A stretch of DNA of 64,000 nt from Octopus sinensis (GCF_006345805.1 NC_043024.1:13888001-13952000); one strand, 5' to 3'. Positions 25,837-40,639 are shown, counted from the stretch's first letter. Program-made: numbers and translations. The notes: generated from the letters alone by a model not told the origin.

Positions 25837-27359
25837 TATTCTGTGAAGATTCTGAATTTATTTTCTCAAGTTCTGCTTTTCCTTTGACAACATTACCCAA
25901 AGCATTCTATCAATTTTTACCAACACAAGCAGAAAATTGGGAAAGATATGCGTCACTATTACTGTTGAGAGAGTAAGCTCATAGATAATCCCTCGATTAT
26001 TTTAAAATCGAGGGTAATTCCCCGATAATTAGTGATATGGCATATTAGATTTTTAATTTTTGTGGGCGGTCGGGTTCATTTTTAGTATTCTCATTTGTGA
26101 GAGCAGTCGGGTTTATTTCACATATTCTCATTTTAAGTCATCTCCGGCTAATCGTTCAGAGGATTTTGTGTTATCCCTGGCGAAGGGGTGCGCCCTCTGA
26201 GTGCTCTTGCTTCGTTTTGTTTTTTGGGTGTTTTTGTGTAAGATGCCTCAGTAAGCAAAGGGAAACTGCTTTGTGGTTTTTTAGGAAGTAAATAAACATG
26301 AGTTTGGTTGCCTATTGGTGTTACAATTCATAATGCCTAGGGAGAAAGAGCGAAGTGGATGGTGGCGTGAAGAGGGTGATGCAACCAATTAATATCTGTG
26401 TTGGTCCGCCTGGGCCCAAAATAGTTCAGGGCAAACAGTTCTGGAACTCAATTTATGTACTGTAAGTAAGGATGACAACGATAATAATGATGATGATAAG
26501 AAGGAGGACGACGTGGACGAGGATGGTGATTATGAGGATTATGAGGATGTAGATGACGTTCACGATGACGACGACAATGACGACGACGATGATGATGACG
26601 ATGACGATGATGATGACTTCTGGCCTTTCACCCTGAGATGCACGACGCTTTCGCTACTCAGTGCCTTACATGAGCGCCCAAAGATGATTCAGATATACGG
26701 TTGGATCATTCTCGTTCAACACACTTGAACAATATTGAGTCATATACCAGTAATAGGAAATCGGTTAACGAGTTACTCAGAGGGGCACTCACACGCACAC
26801 AAACACACACCCACACAAACGTTTTCTTCCTCTCTTTCTCACTCACAACCACACTCGCACTTATTGATTTACTCGAGATAAACATGAATTGTACATTCCT
26901 GCAACGAGTGAAAAGGCGACCTGAAAGTTCAGTCGAACAAAACTGTGTATCAAACTCAATATTGTTTCAGCCAAAAACTTTTTCCAAATATTTTTTCTTA
27001 TATTTTTACATTACAGCATAACAAGAACATGCAAGTACACACATAGAAACGCATACAGCAAAGACCAAATCAAAGACACACACACATACGCACGCATATA
27101 TGTTTGTGTATCTGTACTTGTGTATGTGTGTTATTCCATAATTTACCAATTCCAATTTTGTTGCAACTACATAATTGTTCGGACGAGTATGTAATCAGAC
27201 TTATGTTCTCTTGCATCTGTCTACATGCTGTGATGGGAAAATACGGAAGTGCGTGCTTACATAAGGGGGATGTTCTCTGTATGCAGATGCACATTCACTC
27301 ATATGTGCGTCTTCATCCATCGATCCGTGTATATAAACACCAGTCCTATATACATATGT

Positions 27360-27382
27360 TTATATATGTATATATATACATA

Positions 27383-27475
<93 letters not shown>

Positions 27476-27499
27476 TATATATATACATATATATATATA

Positions 27500-27576
<77 letters not shown>

Positions 27577-27590
27577 CATATGTATATAGG
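27360..27590. repeat. (AT)n microsatellite
   Basis: Direct reading. Confidence 0.95.
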
Positions 27591-27924
27591 CATGCACAAT
27601 GTGTTGCAGAGCATGTGCGAGCGTGTGTATGAGTAATGTACGCCGTCCATTTTCTGAGGCACTTTGACGCCAAGCTGTCAGGGAAATAAGTTAGAGATGG
27701 AATGATATCCTGTTTTTATCTGCTTGCATATAGGATCCCTCTTAATTGCACTGCAATATATCCTTATAGTTGATTAATCATCTCAATAAAATATAAAGAC
27801 ACATACTGCATAACAAAGCAACAGCGAAAATAAAACACGGCAAAAATATATACATAGATGAGTAGACTTCAGCTGGAACAACAAAAACAAAAGATCAACC
27901 AAGAACAAAAATGACAACAACGGA

Positions 27925-27942
27925 ATAATGATGATGATGATG

Positions 27943-27978
<36 letters not shown>

Positions 27979-28127
27979 TAATAATAATAAAATGATGATA
28001 ATATTATAATGATAATGATGGTGATGATGATGATGATAATAATATAATGATGATGACGATGATAATAATAATAATAAAATGATAATAATAATGTAACATT
28101 AAATTAAAGATGATGTTGATGATGATG

Positions 28128-28172
<45 letters not shown>

Positions 28173-28492
28173 TAATAATAATAATAATATAATAATGATA
28201 ATATTATAATGATGATGATGGTGATGATGATGATGATAATATAATGATGATAATATTATAATGATGATGACGATGATAATAATAATAATATAATGATAAT
28301 AATAATGTAACATTAAATTAAAGATGATGTTGATGATGATAATATTAATGATAATAATAATGATAATGATAATGATGAGGATGACGAAGACGAAGACGGC
28401 GACCACTACAACCATGGTGACGATGATAATGATACTCCATCTACTACTACTACTACCACCACTATTACTACTACTACTACTACTACTACTAC

Positions 28493-28588
<96 letters not shown>

Positions 28589-28620
28589 CAATTATAATAA
28601 TAATAACAATAATACCGCAA
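27925..28620. repeat. Compound (TAA/TGA/CTA)n tract with an internal ~213-bp duplication
   Basis: The marker aatgtaacattaaattaaagatgatgttgat occurs near 28090 and 28303. Confidence 0.9.
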
Positions 28621-29617
28621 TGAAAATGTAACTAAACGAGTAATAAGAGTGATTAATATTAGATTACGGTTTGTTTTCCTATCTCCGAATTGACTGTTAA
28701 GGCGGGATTTAGTTGGAATATTCTCTCAGTTCAATGAAAACGGTAATGAACATATATTGTTCTCATCATACACGGCCCAGTGCACTTTGTTGTTTGGCCA
28801 AAAGCTATGCATCTTGGCAAATGAACGAGAGCTTGCTCTCTCTAGCCATAGTTTGTTAGTTTGACCAACGTTGTGTGTAACGCTCACTCCACTTCCTCTC
28901 GCAAACTCGACAACGCTCTTTCCGTCCTCCTCCTTCCGTCCCGCCATCATCCTGCTATCAGAATGGGCAAATATCTAATGGTGCTTTACAGATTGTTTGA
29001 AATCATCAGCACTTGGCAATTATTTATTCATTTCAGTAATCTCGTTAACTCTTGAGAATGGTAAGTGGAGCGTCGGGGTGGAGAGAGAGAGAGAGACAGA
29101 ACAGGATGCCTGGATGTTTGTAAAAGAGGGGTTGGTGTCGCTAAAGGAGGCAAAGTGATAAGGAAACGACGAACTGAGACGCATTCACGTAAGAATGAGC
29201 AAGGATTATGAAGAACATGCCAACATTTTCTAAATTATAAATGCCGTAACCTATAATTTACTCTCTAACTGACTCGCCGAATTCTTTCTTCATTCAATAA
29301 TTTAGTTCTTTATTTCCATGTAAATTCGTTATAAGATAAAATATTATGGATTATGGTTCAGGATATTGTTAACGTTAGCGTCTTCGAACAAAGATCGATT
29401 GTAAAGGCGATGCGCGCAACTGCATCGACTAGAATGTATATATATATATATATATTATATAATATATATATATATGGTCACAATGAGGATATTCAAGCCT
29501 CTGAGATAGATAAACAGTTTTAATAAATTAATTTATTAAAGATAATCTTTCAATGAATATATTCTACAGAATATCGTAAGATATAAAACATTATATATAT
29601 GCACACTACATACATGC

Positions 29618-29738
<121 letters not shown>

Positions 29739-30084
29739 TCTTTATGTAGCTGCTCTCGTTTCTCTCTTTTCTTCTTTGTTCGAAAAAAGTTCGTTTTCTA
29801 TGTTTTTGTTTTTATTTTACCCATTGTCATTGTTACGGAGATGTACTTGCATAGCAAGCGATTTGATCTGAGATCGTGTGATGAAACGAAAGCAATTGCA
29901 GCATGGAAGGTGCTGGTAAGTCATTTGTGTGTTTCTTAAATGGCTTACAAAGACCTTCCACGCTGCAATTGCATTCTCATTGTGTTCAACAATTTTTTGA
30001 TGTCCAGTACCCATATATGCATATATGTACGTATATATGTATATACAAATATATATGTATTTATGTATTATATATATATATATA

Positions 30085-30160
<76 letters not shown>

Positions 30161-30289
30161 CACACATACATATACATTATATATATATATTTGTTATATA
30201 TATCTATATTTTTTTCTTATTTCAGCTCAGAACTGCGGCCATGCTGATACACCGCCGTTTTGTGCTACACTGTTATTACGAAGACTCGC

Positions 30290-30580
30290 CTCTAATATGT
30301 GGCACTTGGTGAAGAATGGAGTTTGATATAGCTACTCCCATTTGCACCTCTTGCTGTGAGGTAGGTTCATCTGGGACTCTCGACAAGAAGGTGTCCAGCT
30401 TTGATTTAAAAACCGCTAAATCTGCATTGGGCAAGTTCGTCAGACTCTTTGGGAGAATATTAAAAAGCTGTGGGCCCTTGAGACCCAAGCTGTTGCAGAA
30501 GCTGGTCCTGAAGCGTGATGGCATTGCTGGGATCTTTGGCACTATGCAGTGTCATACCGTTCTAGCACTGGTGTAGCTTA
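30290..30580 (-). mobile_element. CR1/L2-group LINE 3' fragment (RT C-terminal region)
   Basis: RFRTSFCNSLGLKGPQLFNILPKSL...VFKSKLDTFLSRVPDEP; homologous to the ends of the LINEs at 42560-43300 and 56250-57130. Confidence 0.8.
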
Positions 30581-30698
30581 CAATGCCAAAATTTGGCACA
30601 CACATATATATATGTATGTATATATGTATGTATGCATATATGTATGTATATATGCATGCATGCATGCATGTGTGTATATATGTATGTATATATATATG

Positions 30699-30917
30699 GG
30701 CGTTGAGCTGGCAGAATCATTAGCACGCCGGGCGAAACGCTTAGCTGTATTTCGTCTGCCGTTACGTTCTGAGTTCAAACTCCACCGAGGTCGACATTGC
30801 CCTTCATCCTTTCGGGGTCGATTAAATAGGCACCAATAATGCACTGAGGTCGGTGTAATTGATTTAAACCATTTGTTCATCGCCTCTATGTTTAGCCCCC
30901 CGTGTGATCAAGAAATT
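30699..30917 (+). mobile_element. SINE family M copy, tail type A
   Basis: ggcgttgagctggcagaatcattagcacgccgggcg...gagttcaaactcc (B box)...gtcgacattgcccttcatcctttcggggtcgat...tttagcccc. Confidence 0.9.
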
Positions 30918-31124
30918 ATATATATATATATAATATATATATATATATATAAATGAGTTGAGTAATTCCACCGCTTCGACAAAGCGCGTTTTCAAGGATT
31001 ATTATATTTTGTCTCCCGATAATATAGACTTGAATACCATTGATCTTTTGAACTCAACCTCACAATCATTTTAATAATAATGAAAACAATTAGAAAATCA
31101 ATAGTATTGGCCAATAAATTAAAA

Positions 31125-31381
31125 CTACTACTACTAGTACTAATGATAATAATAATAACAATAGTATTATTATTTTATTATATTATTATTATTAGTAGTA
31201 GTAGTAGTAGTAGTCATTGATGTTGTTACCATGATCATAAGAATATTAATTGTTTCTAATAAAAAAAAATGGATAAACGCGCAAGAGGAAATATGACGAC
31301 GATGGTCACATTGATGTTGATGATGGTGATGATGATGAAGACGTTGATAATAACGTTGATAATAATAATAATATAATGATG

Positions 31382-31417
<36 letters not shown>

Positions 31418-31460
31418 TAATAATAATAACAATAATAATAATAATAATAATAACAATAAC
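31125..31460. repeat. Compound trinucleotide tract (CTA/TAA/TTA/GTA/GAT)
   Basis: Direct reading. Confidence 0.9.
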
Positions 31461-31590
31461 AATATTAGTGATCATGATATTGAACGTATTGATAAATTTT
31501 AATATCTTAACCTAGAGGGTATTTAAATGAATATATAACTACGTATATATACAAGTGTATTTATCTATCTTAAATCTGCATATGCGCATT

Positions 31591-31627
<37 letters not shown>

Positions 31628-32022
31628 GTAAATATATATGTATATATATATATAATATATACATTAATATATATATATATACATACATATATTTATATAT
31701 GTATGTCTCTATTGATATTTTGTATCTGCACGTACGTATGTATATAAAGGTTTAAAATCATTATTTCATCATTTTATTGTTTTAGTTATATAATACGCCA
31801 ACCTGTGAAGTGATAACTTTTAATGGGGAATAGACAAATGTCACCAAACCAGAAATTGACTACATCAAAGGCTGCCAAAAAATATTTTCCTCTACAATAA
31901 AGATTTGCTATAAAGCGTTTAACGTTTCAAGCACGCTTCCATATATAAACATTTGCTATTAAATAATTTAATACTTATAAAAATACTCACTTACGCATAT
32001 GCATGTGTATGTGAGCGTAGGG

Positions 32023-32083
<61 letters not shown>

Positions 32084-33174
32084 CAAGCATGTGTGTGCAT
32101 ATGTGTGTATATATGTATGCATATTTAAACTATTATACACGCACATACGCAGTCACCTGCATACACACGCACACACACGTATATATACATGGATATATAC
32201 ACATATATACGTATAAATATACATAAATATATATATAGATAGATAGATAGATGATAGATATAGATATAGATATAGATATACACATATACATGCTGCTCGC
32301 ATGCATATATCCATAAATATAGATTAATCTCTCTCATCTCTCTCTAACTCCCTCCCTCTCTCTTTCTCTAGATATATATATATATATATATAGATAGATA
32401 AATAGATAGATTGATAGATAGATAGATAGATAGATAGATAAATATCGATATAAATTTTGATATGTACATATATATCCGTTCATCTATCTATCAATCACTC
32501 TAAATATATCTTTGTGTATATACATAAATATATACATACATGTACGTTTTGTGGACGCGATTGCATATTTCTCAATATACGCAACATCCTGTTAGTGTAT
32601 GCATATAAATATGCATTTATGTTGCACTATATTGTTATAGCCATATATGTTGGTGACTAGACCTTTTTATTGTTTTTGTTGCATGTGTCTGTATGTGAAA
32701 GTTTGAAAGAGCGGGTGAGAGATAAAATCAATAATACCGTTCTTAATTTATCGATCTCTTACTCTTCCCACTAACAGGATTACATACAATGTCTTTGTAT
32801 TGATTTTTTTCTTACTCTACGTTCTTTTTCCATTCTTTCATCTTCTCTAATCATAAATTATTTTACTCTAGCGCAAAACTCAACTTCTAGTACCCTCTCT
32901 GAATCTGCTAGAAATAGCAGTCATACTTCTGCAAGATGTCACCCTGCTTCGTAAAGGACAGAAAACTTTAGTATCTAATTGATCATAATATTATATACAC
33001 AATTTGATAATCGAATATTCACACAGCCATTCACCCACTCTCACCTACATATATATACACACACATATATGCATACTCAAATATATACGTATACATACAT
33101 ATATATACATTTGTGTGTCTCTGTGTGTGTATATACATACATACATATTTAATGCAAACATGAACACACAAAGA

Positions 33175-33350
33175 GAAACACAACGCGAGGACGTCCAATA
33201 GTGTTATTGGGCGCTCAGGAAAAGAAAGAAAGAAGGAGGATTTAATGTTTCGAGCAGAGCTCTTCGTCAGAAACATAGGAAAAGGAAAGATCCAAGGAAG
33301 GGAAGACGGAGGAAAAAAACCGCCAACGATACACACACGGTCACATTTTA
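33175..33350 (-). mobile_element. Penelope-like pLTR fragment
   Basis: Reverse complement is collinear with 45620-45780 (cgttggcg...ggatctttcct...gaagagctc.gctcgaaac...ttcctgagcg...gtcctcgcgttg). Confidence 0.7.
33241..33274 (-). ncRNA. Minimal type I hammerhead motif
   Basis: GTTT CTGACGA A GAGC tct GCTC GAA ACAT T AAA: canonical CUGANGA/GAAA core; stem III ACGT changed to ACAT, consistent with CpG decay. Confidence 0.6.
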
Positions 33351-33372
33351 AATACATACATACATACATACA

Positions 33373-33408
<36 letters not shown>

Positions 33409-34389
33409 TGTGTGTGTATATATATATATATGTATGTATAAATATATATGAGAACAAATAGAGCATCTTATAACAATTAGAGGTTGATCTTAGTATTGAA
33501 TGTTCATAGTTTAATTATGATTAAGTTAACATTTATAGCTGTTTCAGTTTGTTATTTTTGAGGTAAACTTGCGTTATTCTCGATCCACGTAACAAGTATC
33601 ATCAGAATGATTTGAACTTTACCAGAGGAAGATTGACAAGATGATTGAATGTTGAGACTAGAAAAAAAGCAAGAAAGATAAATAAAAGGAAATGGAATAA
33701 AGGAAAAGGTTCCTTAGGTCTGCATTCTTAACAGATGGCATTGTGTGTACAGTTACCTCAAGCAGATGAATGGAGCAGTGAGTGGGGAAAACGACCATTT
33801 GACCGGTGGTGTTAGTTGAAAGAGTTACACCTGATATTAATATCCAGTATCATTAATGGTAAGAAATAACGCTATTTGAGTCAGGTAGATAAGTCCCTCT
33901 GATTACAAATAATGCCCGAGTTAAAAATTAAGGACGCTCTTAAAAGTCTATGTGCGATATACGGTTTAAATGTGGGTAACGTAAATAGGTGTAATAAATG
34001 AATAAAATGTCGTAATGTGTAGCCAGGGTTTATTACTCTTTAATATAATTAAAACAAATCAACTCGTCAAGAATAGGATAAATCGCTCGTTTAATCGTAT
34101 ATACGTTAATGACATCAGTAGCAATTAGTATGTTAGTCAGTGATCGAACTTCAATGTGAATATATTAAAGAGAAGTATAGCTCCGCGTGTGCATCGTGCA
34201 TCTGAGATAAATAATTCAGTTAGTCGATGTAGATTGGATATAATTGTGGTTTATGATGTTAAGTCGTGCTATGTGGAAAAGGGGTGGTAAAAGGGAGGTA
34301 ATCAGAGGTTAGTCAAGGCAGCTATAACCAGTAATATAAAGATAGGTATTAGCAGTACTTAGTGACTAAGAATTTATCTTTAAGTAAGA

Positions 34390-35130
34390 ATGCTAGATTT
34401 TCTTGTCACGTTTATTAAGAAATTCTCATTTGGACATTAAAGTGAAAAATTTCAAATTTATGCATAAATTTCAGCGTATATTTGTAAGCTTGTATGAAGA
34501 TGTTTTGGCTAGGATGCCACATTCTAATCGATAATTATTGCTATTATAGTTAAGTTCCCAAATTTAACTACTTAATCCTGTAGAGTTAGCTTTATTTCCA
34601 CTCTTGAAAAAGCTTGAGAGATGGAAATTATATTTAAGTTTCATTTCATTTTTAGTTGATCCTAAATAATTGTACTTGTAATTATTGGAGAATATATTCC
34701 ATTGGTGAATTACATTCTTAGTTTTTTTTATTCCTTTATTCATAAATTCACAATTATTTTCATCTCTGCAAACCACACAGATTAGTAAGATTATCTGTCA
34801 GTGGGATTAACATGTATAAGGTGATCGTCCGTATTTCTGGAATGCGAGTTATCTTGGAGGATCGCTTATCATTTCAACCAATTGGTTGTTTTGGTTATTA
34901 TTGTTATTCTTCCAAGTTTCGTAGAAGGTGTCTAGATTTTATTGTTAATGGATGCTATAATAGTAGAGCTAGTTTACTAGCACAGCTAAGGCGTATTCTC
35001 ATCTTATTACAAAATATTTCTGAGTATTTCGTGCTTTTAAAGTGTTTATGTATAAGGCTCATTATAGATTTAACTATATGAGCTTTTATCTTCATCGCCA
35101 AGAGGATTATTTGCACGATGTTACCATTTT
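34390..35130 (-). mobile_element. Penelope-like element, decayed linker plus GIY-YIG endonuclease region
   Basis: LIHKHFKSTKYSEIFCNKMRIRLSC matches the PLE KHF...IFN...K.SYSC linker. VCRDENNCEF...NVIH...YLGST...KLKYNFHLSSF...STGLSS*IWEL matches the GIY-YIG module. Confidence 0.75.
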
Positions 35131-35454
35131 TCTGCATGCTAATCTTTATATATATATATGGATAAAACGGAGGGAGTCAGAATTTTGGATAATCTGTTAT
35201 TAGCGCTTTCATTCGTTTAGGAACTCGTCAAGACAAAGTCTAATCAAAATGGTAAAACCTGAAAGTTTCGTTGTTTTTTTATATGAATCGGATGAGTGTT
35301 TTTTTGTTTAGAAAAGTAGAATATTGCTTTTGGTATTTGGGAAAAGGCGGGAGAGAAAGAGAAAGAAAAGCAAAGCGGTGGGAGGAAATAAATAAAGAGG
35401 TCTTTAGAAAGACAAAATATAATAATAAATGTGAGGAAAGGATAAATTTATATA

Positions 35455-35500
<46 letters not shown>

Positions 35501-36149
35501 ATATATACATATATACAGAGAGAGAGGGAGAGAGAGAGAGAGAAAGAAAGGAAGAGAGAAAGAGGGGTTTCTTTTCAATTTAGTGTGGTCAATTCATTGA
35601 AATTTCATTTCAAATTATTTTCCTTTCTTTCTTTTATCTCCTCTCTTTCTTTTTCCTTTTTCAAATTTTATACGGACCAATATATTTGTAAATGAATATA
35701 TTTTCTCTCAAAGTGGGGGAAAACCTACATAGAGTGGGATGTTTCAGGACAATCAAGAAAGAGAAGAAAAAAAATAATAATAATGGTTAGGGAATGGTAG
35801 CTAGATAGATAGATAGAGCGATCGGAAGAGAGAGAGAGAGGGACATTTCTTTTCAATTTGGTTTGGTCCATTCATTAGAAATTTTCTGTCTTTTTTTCTT
35901 TCTACTTTCTTTTTTCTTTTTCCATTCTATGCTTATAAACATATTTATAAATAAACACATTTTCTCACAAGGGCAGGTGACCTTTCAAAGGTTTCATTTG
36001 TAGGAAGCAGGATGGAATAAGAACAGGGAAAGGGAGACGGTGCGGCTATCACTGAAAACTTTTTAAAAAAAGAGTTCAAAGTTCAAATTCCTGTGAGAAT
36101 GTGTATTCATTCACAATGTATAACCAGGTCACATATTCTGGCAAATTCT

Positions 36150-37075
36150 ATGCGTTTCGTGAACAAACATTACACATTAGTACAATATTAATTAAAATTA
36201 GGTAGCTAGAATTACATTATCATTTAGCTACATTAGATATCTCTCCTGAAAAATGGTTCTAGTATTCCTCGGCAGGTATTGTAAGCTCTATTTATAGAGA
36301 TGAGTATCACGTTATTAACATTAGAACCACTTTCAGAAACAACAGTAATAGTGTCATATAATTGTTTTCTCTTTATCCATCATCCCGCAATTATTAATCG
36401 TATTGGGTATTTCTGCTTTTTTAGGAAGGTTTTGTGCACGTTGAGTCAGATTTGGCGTATTTTGGTGGCAATTACTATAGTACTGATACGGCTTGACATG
36501 GTGTATGTATGTTCCTTTTGATGTGTGAGACATGGCAAGAATAGAAATTCAAATATTGGTGAGTTTCCAATTTTCTGTAAAATATGTATGTTGTGACTGT
36601 AGAGTTGTGTGTTCTCAACTGAACATCCAGGAATGGTAACTCATTGCAACATGATTCTATCACGAATTAGATGGATGTATGAAATGTGTTGAGTATATTA
36701 TTAACTGTATGTAGGTCCTCATTTAATTGGTCCTTAAAGCCGAAGCAATCATCGAGGAAGCGTTTCCATTTTTTAATAATGTATTTTTTATAATCCCGAT
36801 TGAAGTCTCTCTCTACTTCCTACTAAAGCTTATCTTCCCAGTAACCCACGACTAGGTTATCATATGAGGGTGCAAACAGCAACCTCAGAGTGGTGCCCTT
36901 TAACTATTGATATGCTTATTATCGTATCTGAAGGTATTTTCTTCTAGTACCACAGGTGTGGCATTGGCGATGACGTCATTTTTTAAGTGTTCATTTATCC
37001 GTCTTCTAGGTTTTCCTACGCTGTGTTTGACTGCTTCCAAGCCCAACGTGTGACGTATATTGGTATAAAGATTGG
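36150..37075 (-). mobile_element. Penelope-like element, decayed reverse transcriptase
   Basis: NLYTNIRHTLGLEAV, VLEENTF, FAPSYDNLVVGYWE, KWKRFLDDCF, ELPFLDV, YRK..THQYLNFYSCH and KQKYP are all PLE RT core/thumb motifs. Confidence 0.88.
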
Positions 37076-37114
37076 TATCTAGCTTAATAAATGACCTCTG
37101 AGAGGATACATTCT

Positions 37115-37433
37115 TTATATCATATTTGTTTTGTTTGTTCCTTCTCGAGCCACGCCTGGCTCATAAGGGCCGGTTTCCTGGTTTCGTTGGCGTATAGGTT
37201 TCCCACCTGGAAGGGAGGCCGGTCCGTTGCTGGTGAGCTGCAAGATGCAGGAGGAAAGAGTGAGAGAAAGTTGTGGCGAAAGAGTCAGCAGAAGTTCGCC
37301 ATTACCTTCTGTCGAAGCCGCATGGAAGTTAGGTTTTTCCCTCATAAACACACACATCACCCGGTCTGAGATTCGAACCCGCGATAGCTCGACTGCGAGT
37401 CCGCTGTTCTAACCACTAGGCCATGTGCCTCCA
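37115..37433 (-). mobile_element. tRNA-derived SINE family T with a different 3' tail
   Basis: Reverse complement ggaggcacatggcctagtggttagaacagcggactcgcagtcg...ggttcgaatctc, a tRNA-like head with TCG at the anticodon position; body matches 2674-2850. Confidence 0.8.
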
Positions 37434-38520
37434 CTATATCATATTTAAATGCTATGAATTGTAATTTAAGTTCAAAGCGGCGACGCATCTTTTCTTTAAT
37501 TCATTTACAGATGAGACACGAGAACAAATATCACAATAGCAAAAACCACAGTAATTCCTACTCGGGGATTGTAAAGATATTGAATATCTCTATCGAGTGT
37601 AAAATGGCGTAAATTTTGTTAACAAGCAATACCACCAATATCAACGGATTCTTCATTTTGCTTTAAACTATGTATGTTTAATTTAAAAACTTAGATTCTC
37701 TTGAATAAAATTGTCTTGTGACAACCAATAACATACTAAACAAATTCTTAAAATGAAATATTGTTCCATTTTTCACCGGTTTCCTAACGTATTATTTCTG
37801 ACAAGTTCTCTGCTATAAAACATAATTTATGGGTATATTTATTGTTATTTTAATCAAAATTGAACCAAGTTATTTCAACTTTTCCCTTAAATTATTTTTT
37901 ACGATACACACTAGACAAAAATAAAAGCCGCGTACAAAATATACATACACATGTATAAGAGACACACGGCTCGAAGATGTGAAGTTGTTGTTAGGAGGAA
38001 AGATGGAATCATAACTTTGAACGCATAATGGTCCGTTGGCGCAAATGTTTCTTCCTAAATGTCATATACATACATACGCCCATAAACAGAATAACATACA
38101 TAACATACATACATAACATATATACGCCCATAAACAGACATGTATGTATGCGTCCCTCTATACATATATTTGTGTATATTTATATATAAATATATGTAAA
38201 TATATTTATTTATATAAATGAATATATGCACTTATATACACAAGTGTACAGCAATGCAAGAATGTGTAGGAAAGTGTACGCATTAACGCATACACATAAT
38301 TATCTGGATATTTGCAATGCGTAGAAGAATATATATGATTACAAGTTTAAACATAGAGTGCAATTAATAGGTAGAAAGGAAGAAAATACAAGAATTCTTC
38401 GCTGAAATGATCAGAATATACATACAGATAGACACAATACGAAAATATGTACATACCCAGGTACATACCCAGCACTTATATACATGTTTGTAAGTGTGTA
38501 TGTGTGTGTGTCTCTCTCTT

Positions 38521-38609
<89 letters not shown>

Positions 38610-39789
38610 ATTGTGTGTGTGTGTGTGTATGTATATACGTATGTGTATATCTATATATATATATGTGTGTGTGCGTGTGTGTGTATGTATGTATTTATGC
38701 ATGTATGTAAGTATATGTATGTTTGTTTATCTGTATCTATATATATTTCTATATCTACATGTATATATATATATATATGTGTATGTGTGTGCGTGTGCAT
38801 ATGTATATATTTATATGTATGCACACACATAGAGAAACCTATTCATCTAACCTGTAAACACAGGTATGTGTGTGTACGTGTTTCGTGTGCGTGTGAGTGT
38901 GGCGCTGTGTTTCTGTATGTGTGTGTGTGTTTGTGTGTGTGTTTGTGTGTGTGTGAAAGCTGAAAGATACAAAGACTAATTGAGGCTTGCAACCAAATGA
39001 TCTATATATTTACAGACACAGAAGAGAAGAGCATAATCACACATTTACACTGGAACCTACCTACACACAGACGTCTCTCTCCATGTGTATTTCTACCTGT
39101 ATGTATATATGTACCGTTTACATATACACATGTGTCCATATATGTCTGTGTTTTGCTGTTTTGAGTGCGTGTGTGTGTGTGAATGTTCTGCTCAGCGACG
39201 ATAAGTTACTGACAAGAGTAGATTTATGTCCACTGAAAATAATAATAAAAATAATGAAAAAAATACATATATAAAATATAGTAAAAAGCTAAAAGATCTC
39301 ATTTAATTTTCACTCTCGAAATTGTAGCGACCATGTCAATTTATTTATTTCAATCCACTAATAAGAAGCTAAAAGCGAAAACAATAATAGAATAATATAT
39401 AGACAGAAAGAGTGAAAGAAATATGAGGGATAAACAGAAAGAGAGTGAGAGAGGGAGCGGGGGAGAAAGAGAGACAGAGAGACAGAGTGAGTAGGAGAAA
39501 AAATGGTTAGAGTAAAATGGCGGAGAGTGAAAAAAGCGAAAGGTAGAGGAGAGATAAATAAAACTTAATCAAGAACATACAATGATGAATCGAAGAAGCA
39601 AATTTCGCAGCGGTGTATTCATACGTTAAGAGATGACAAAGTTTTAGCTGAACTGTAAAGTAATATCTCATTTAAATTGTTATATCATGAAAGCATATGG
39701 ACATATACGTACGTCTGTAGGCATGTATATATGCGTATACATGTACGTATCTGCGTTTGTCGGTGGACGTACATATATAGATATATCAG

Positions 39790-39852
<63 letters not shown>

Positions 39853-39856
39853 TCAG

Positions 39857-39906
<50 letters not shown>

Positions 39907-40235
39907 CTGTATATATATGTTTGTATATGTATATATGTACAGAGAGAGAGAGAGAGATGGTGGGGTGGGAGTGAGAGACAGTGACACACTGATATAGAGG
40001 GGAATAGTGAGTGTGATGAACAATAACTTGAGAGAAAAATAGGAAGCATTATACCGAAATAAATGTCGACCATATATGTTCTTACGTTTACCAAGAGATA
40101 TACACAATTATGTGTATGATTACATATACATATACCCGCAGAAAACATGCATGATCATATGTGTATTTCGATGACTGTATATATATCTGTATATATATAT
40201 ATATGTATATGTTTATTTACTTATATATAATTATG

Positions 40236-40284
<49 letters not shown>

Positions 40285-40494
40285 TATATACATACAAATA
40301 CATATATATGCATATATACTTATATATATATATATATATATAACATACATATATATATGCATATATATATATATAAAGACCTATGTATTTAAGCGTTTAT
40401 ATGTGTGTATGTCTGAATATTTATATGCATATATGTATATATATATATATATAAATTTATATTATATATATATATAATATATGTATATATATTC

Positions 40495-40540
<46 letters not shown>

Positions 40541-40639
40541 TATATATATGTAAGTATGTATGTATGTATATAAATATCTTATGTATGAAACAAATGGACA
40601 GCTAACTAGATGTCTAGATGTCTAGATGGATAATAGGAG

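Noticed and set aside
26060-26420. GC-box and CCAAT-like motifs suggesting a promoter
   Set aside because: Short motifs with no linked exon or transcription start evidence.
37360-37433. tRNA-like sequence (also SINE heads at 2674, 18665 and 50757)
   Set aside because: No proper cloverleaf or acceptor stem; these are SINE heads continuous with SINE bodies.
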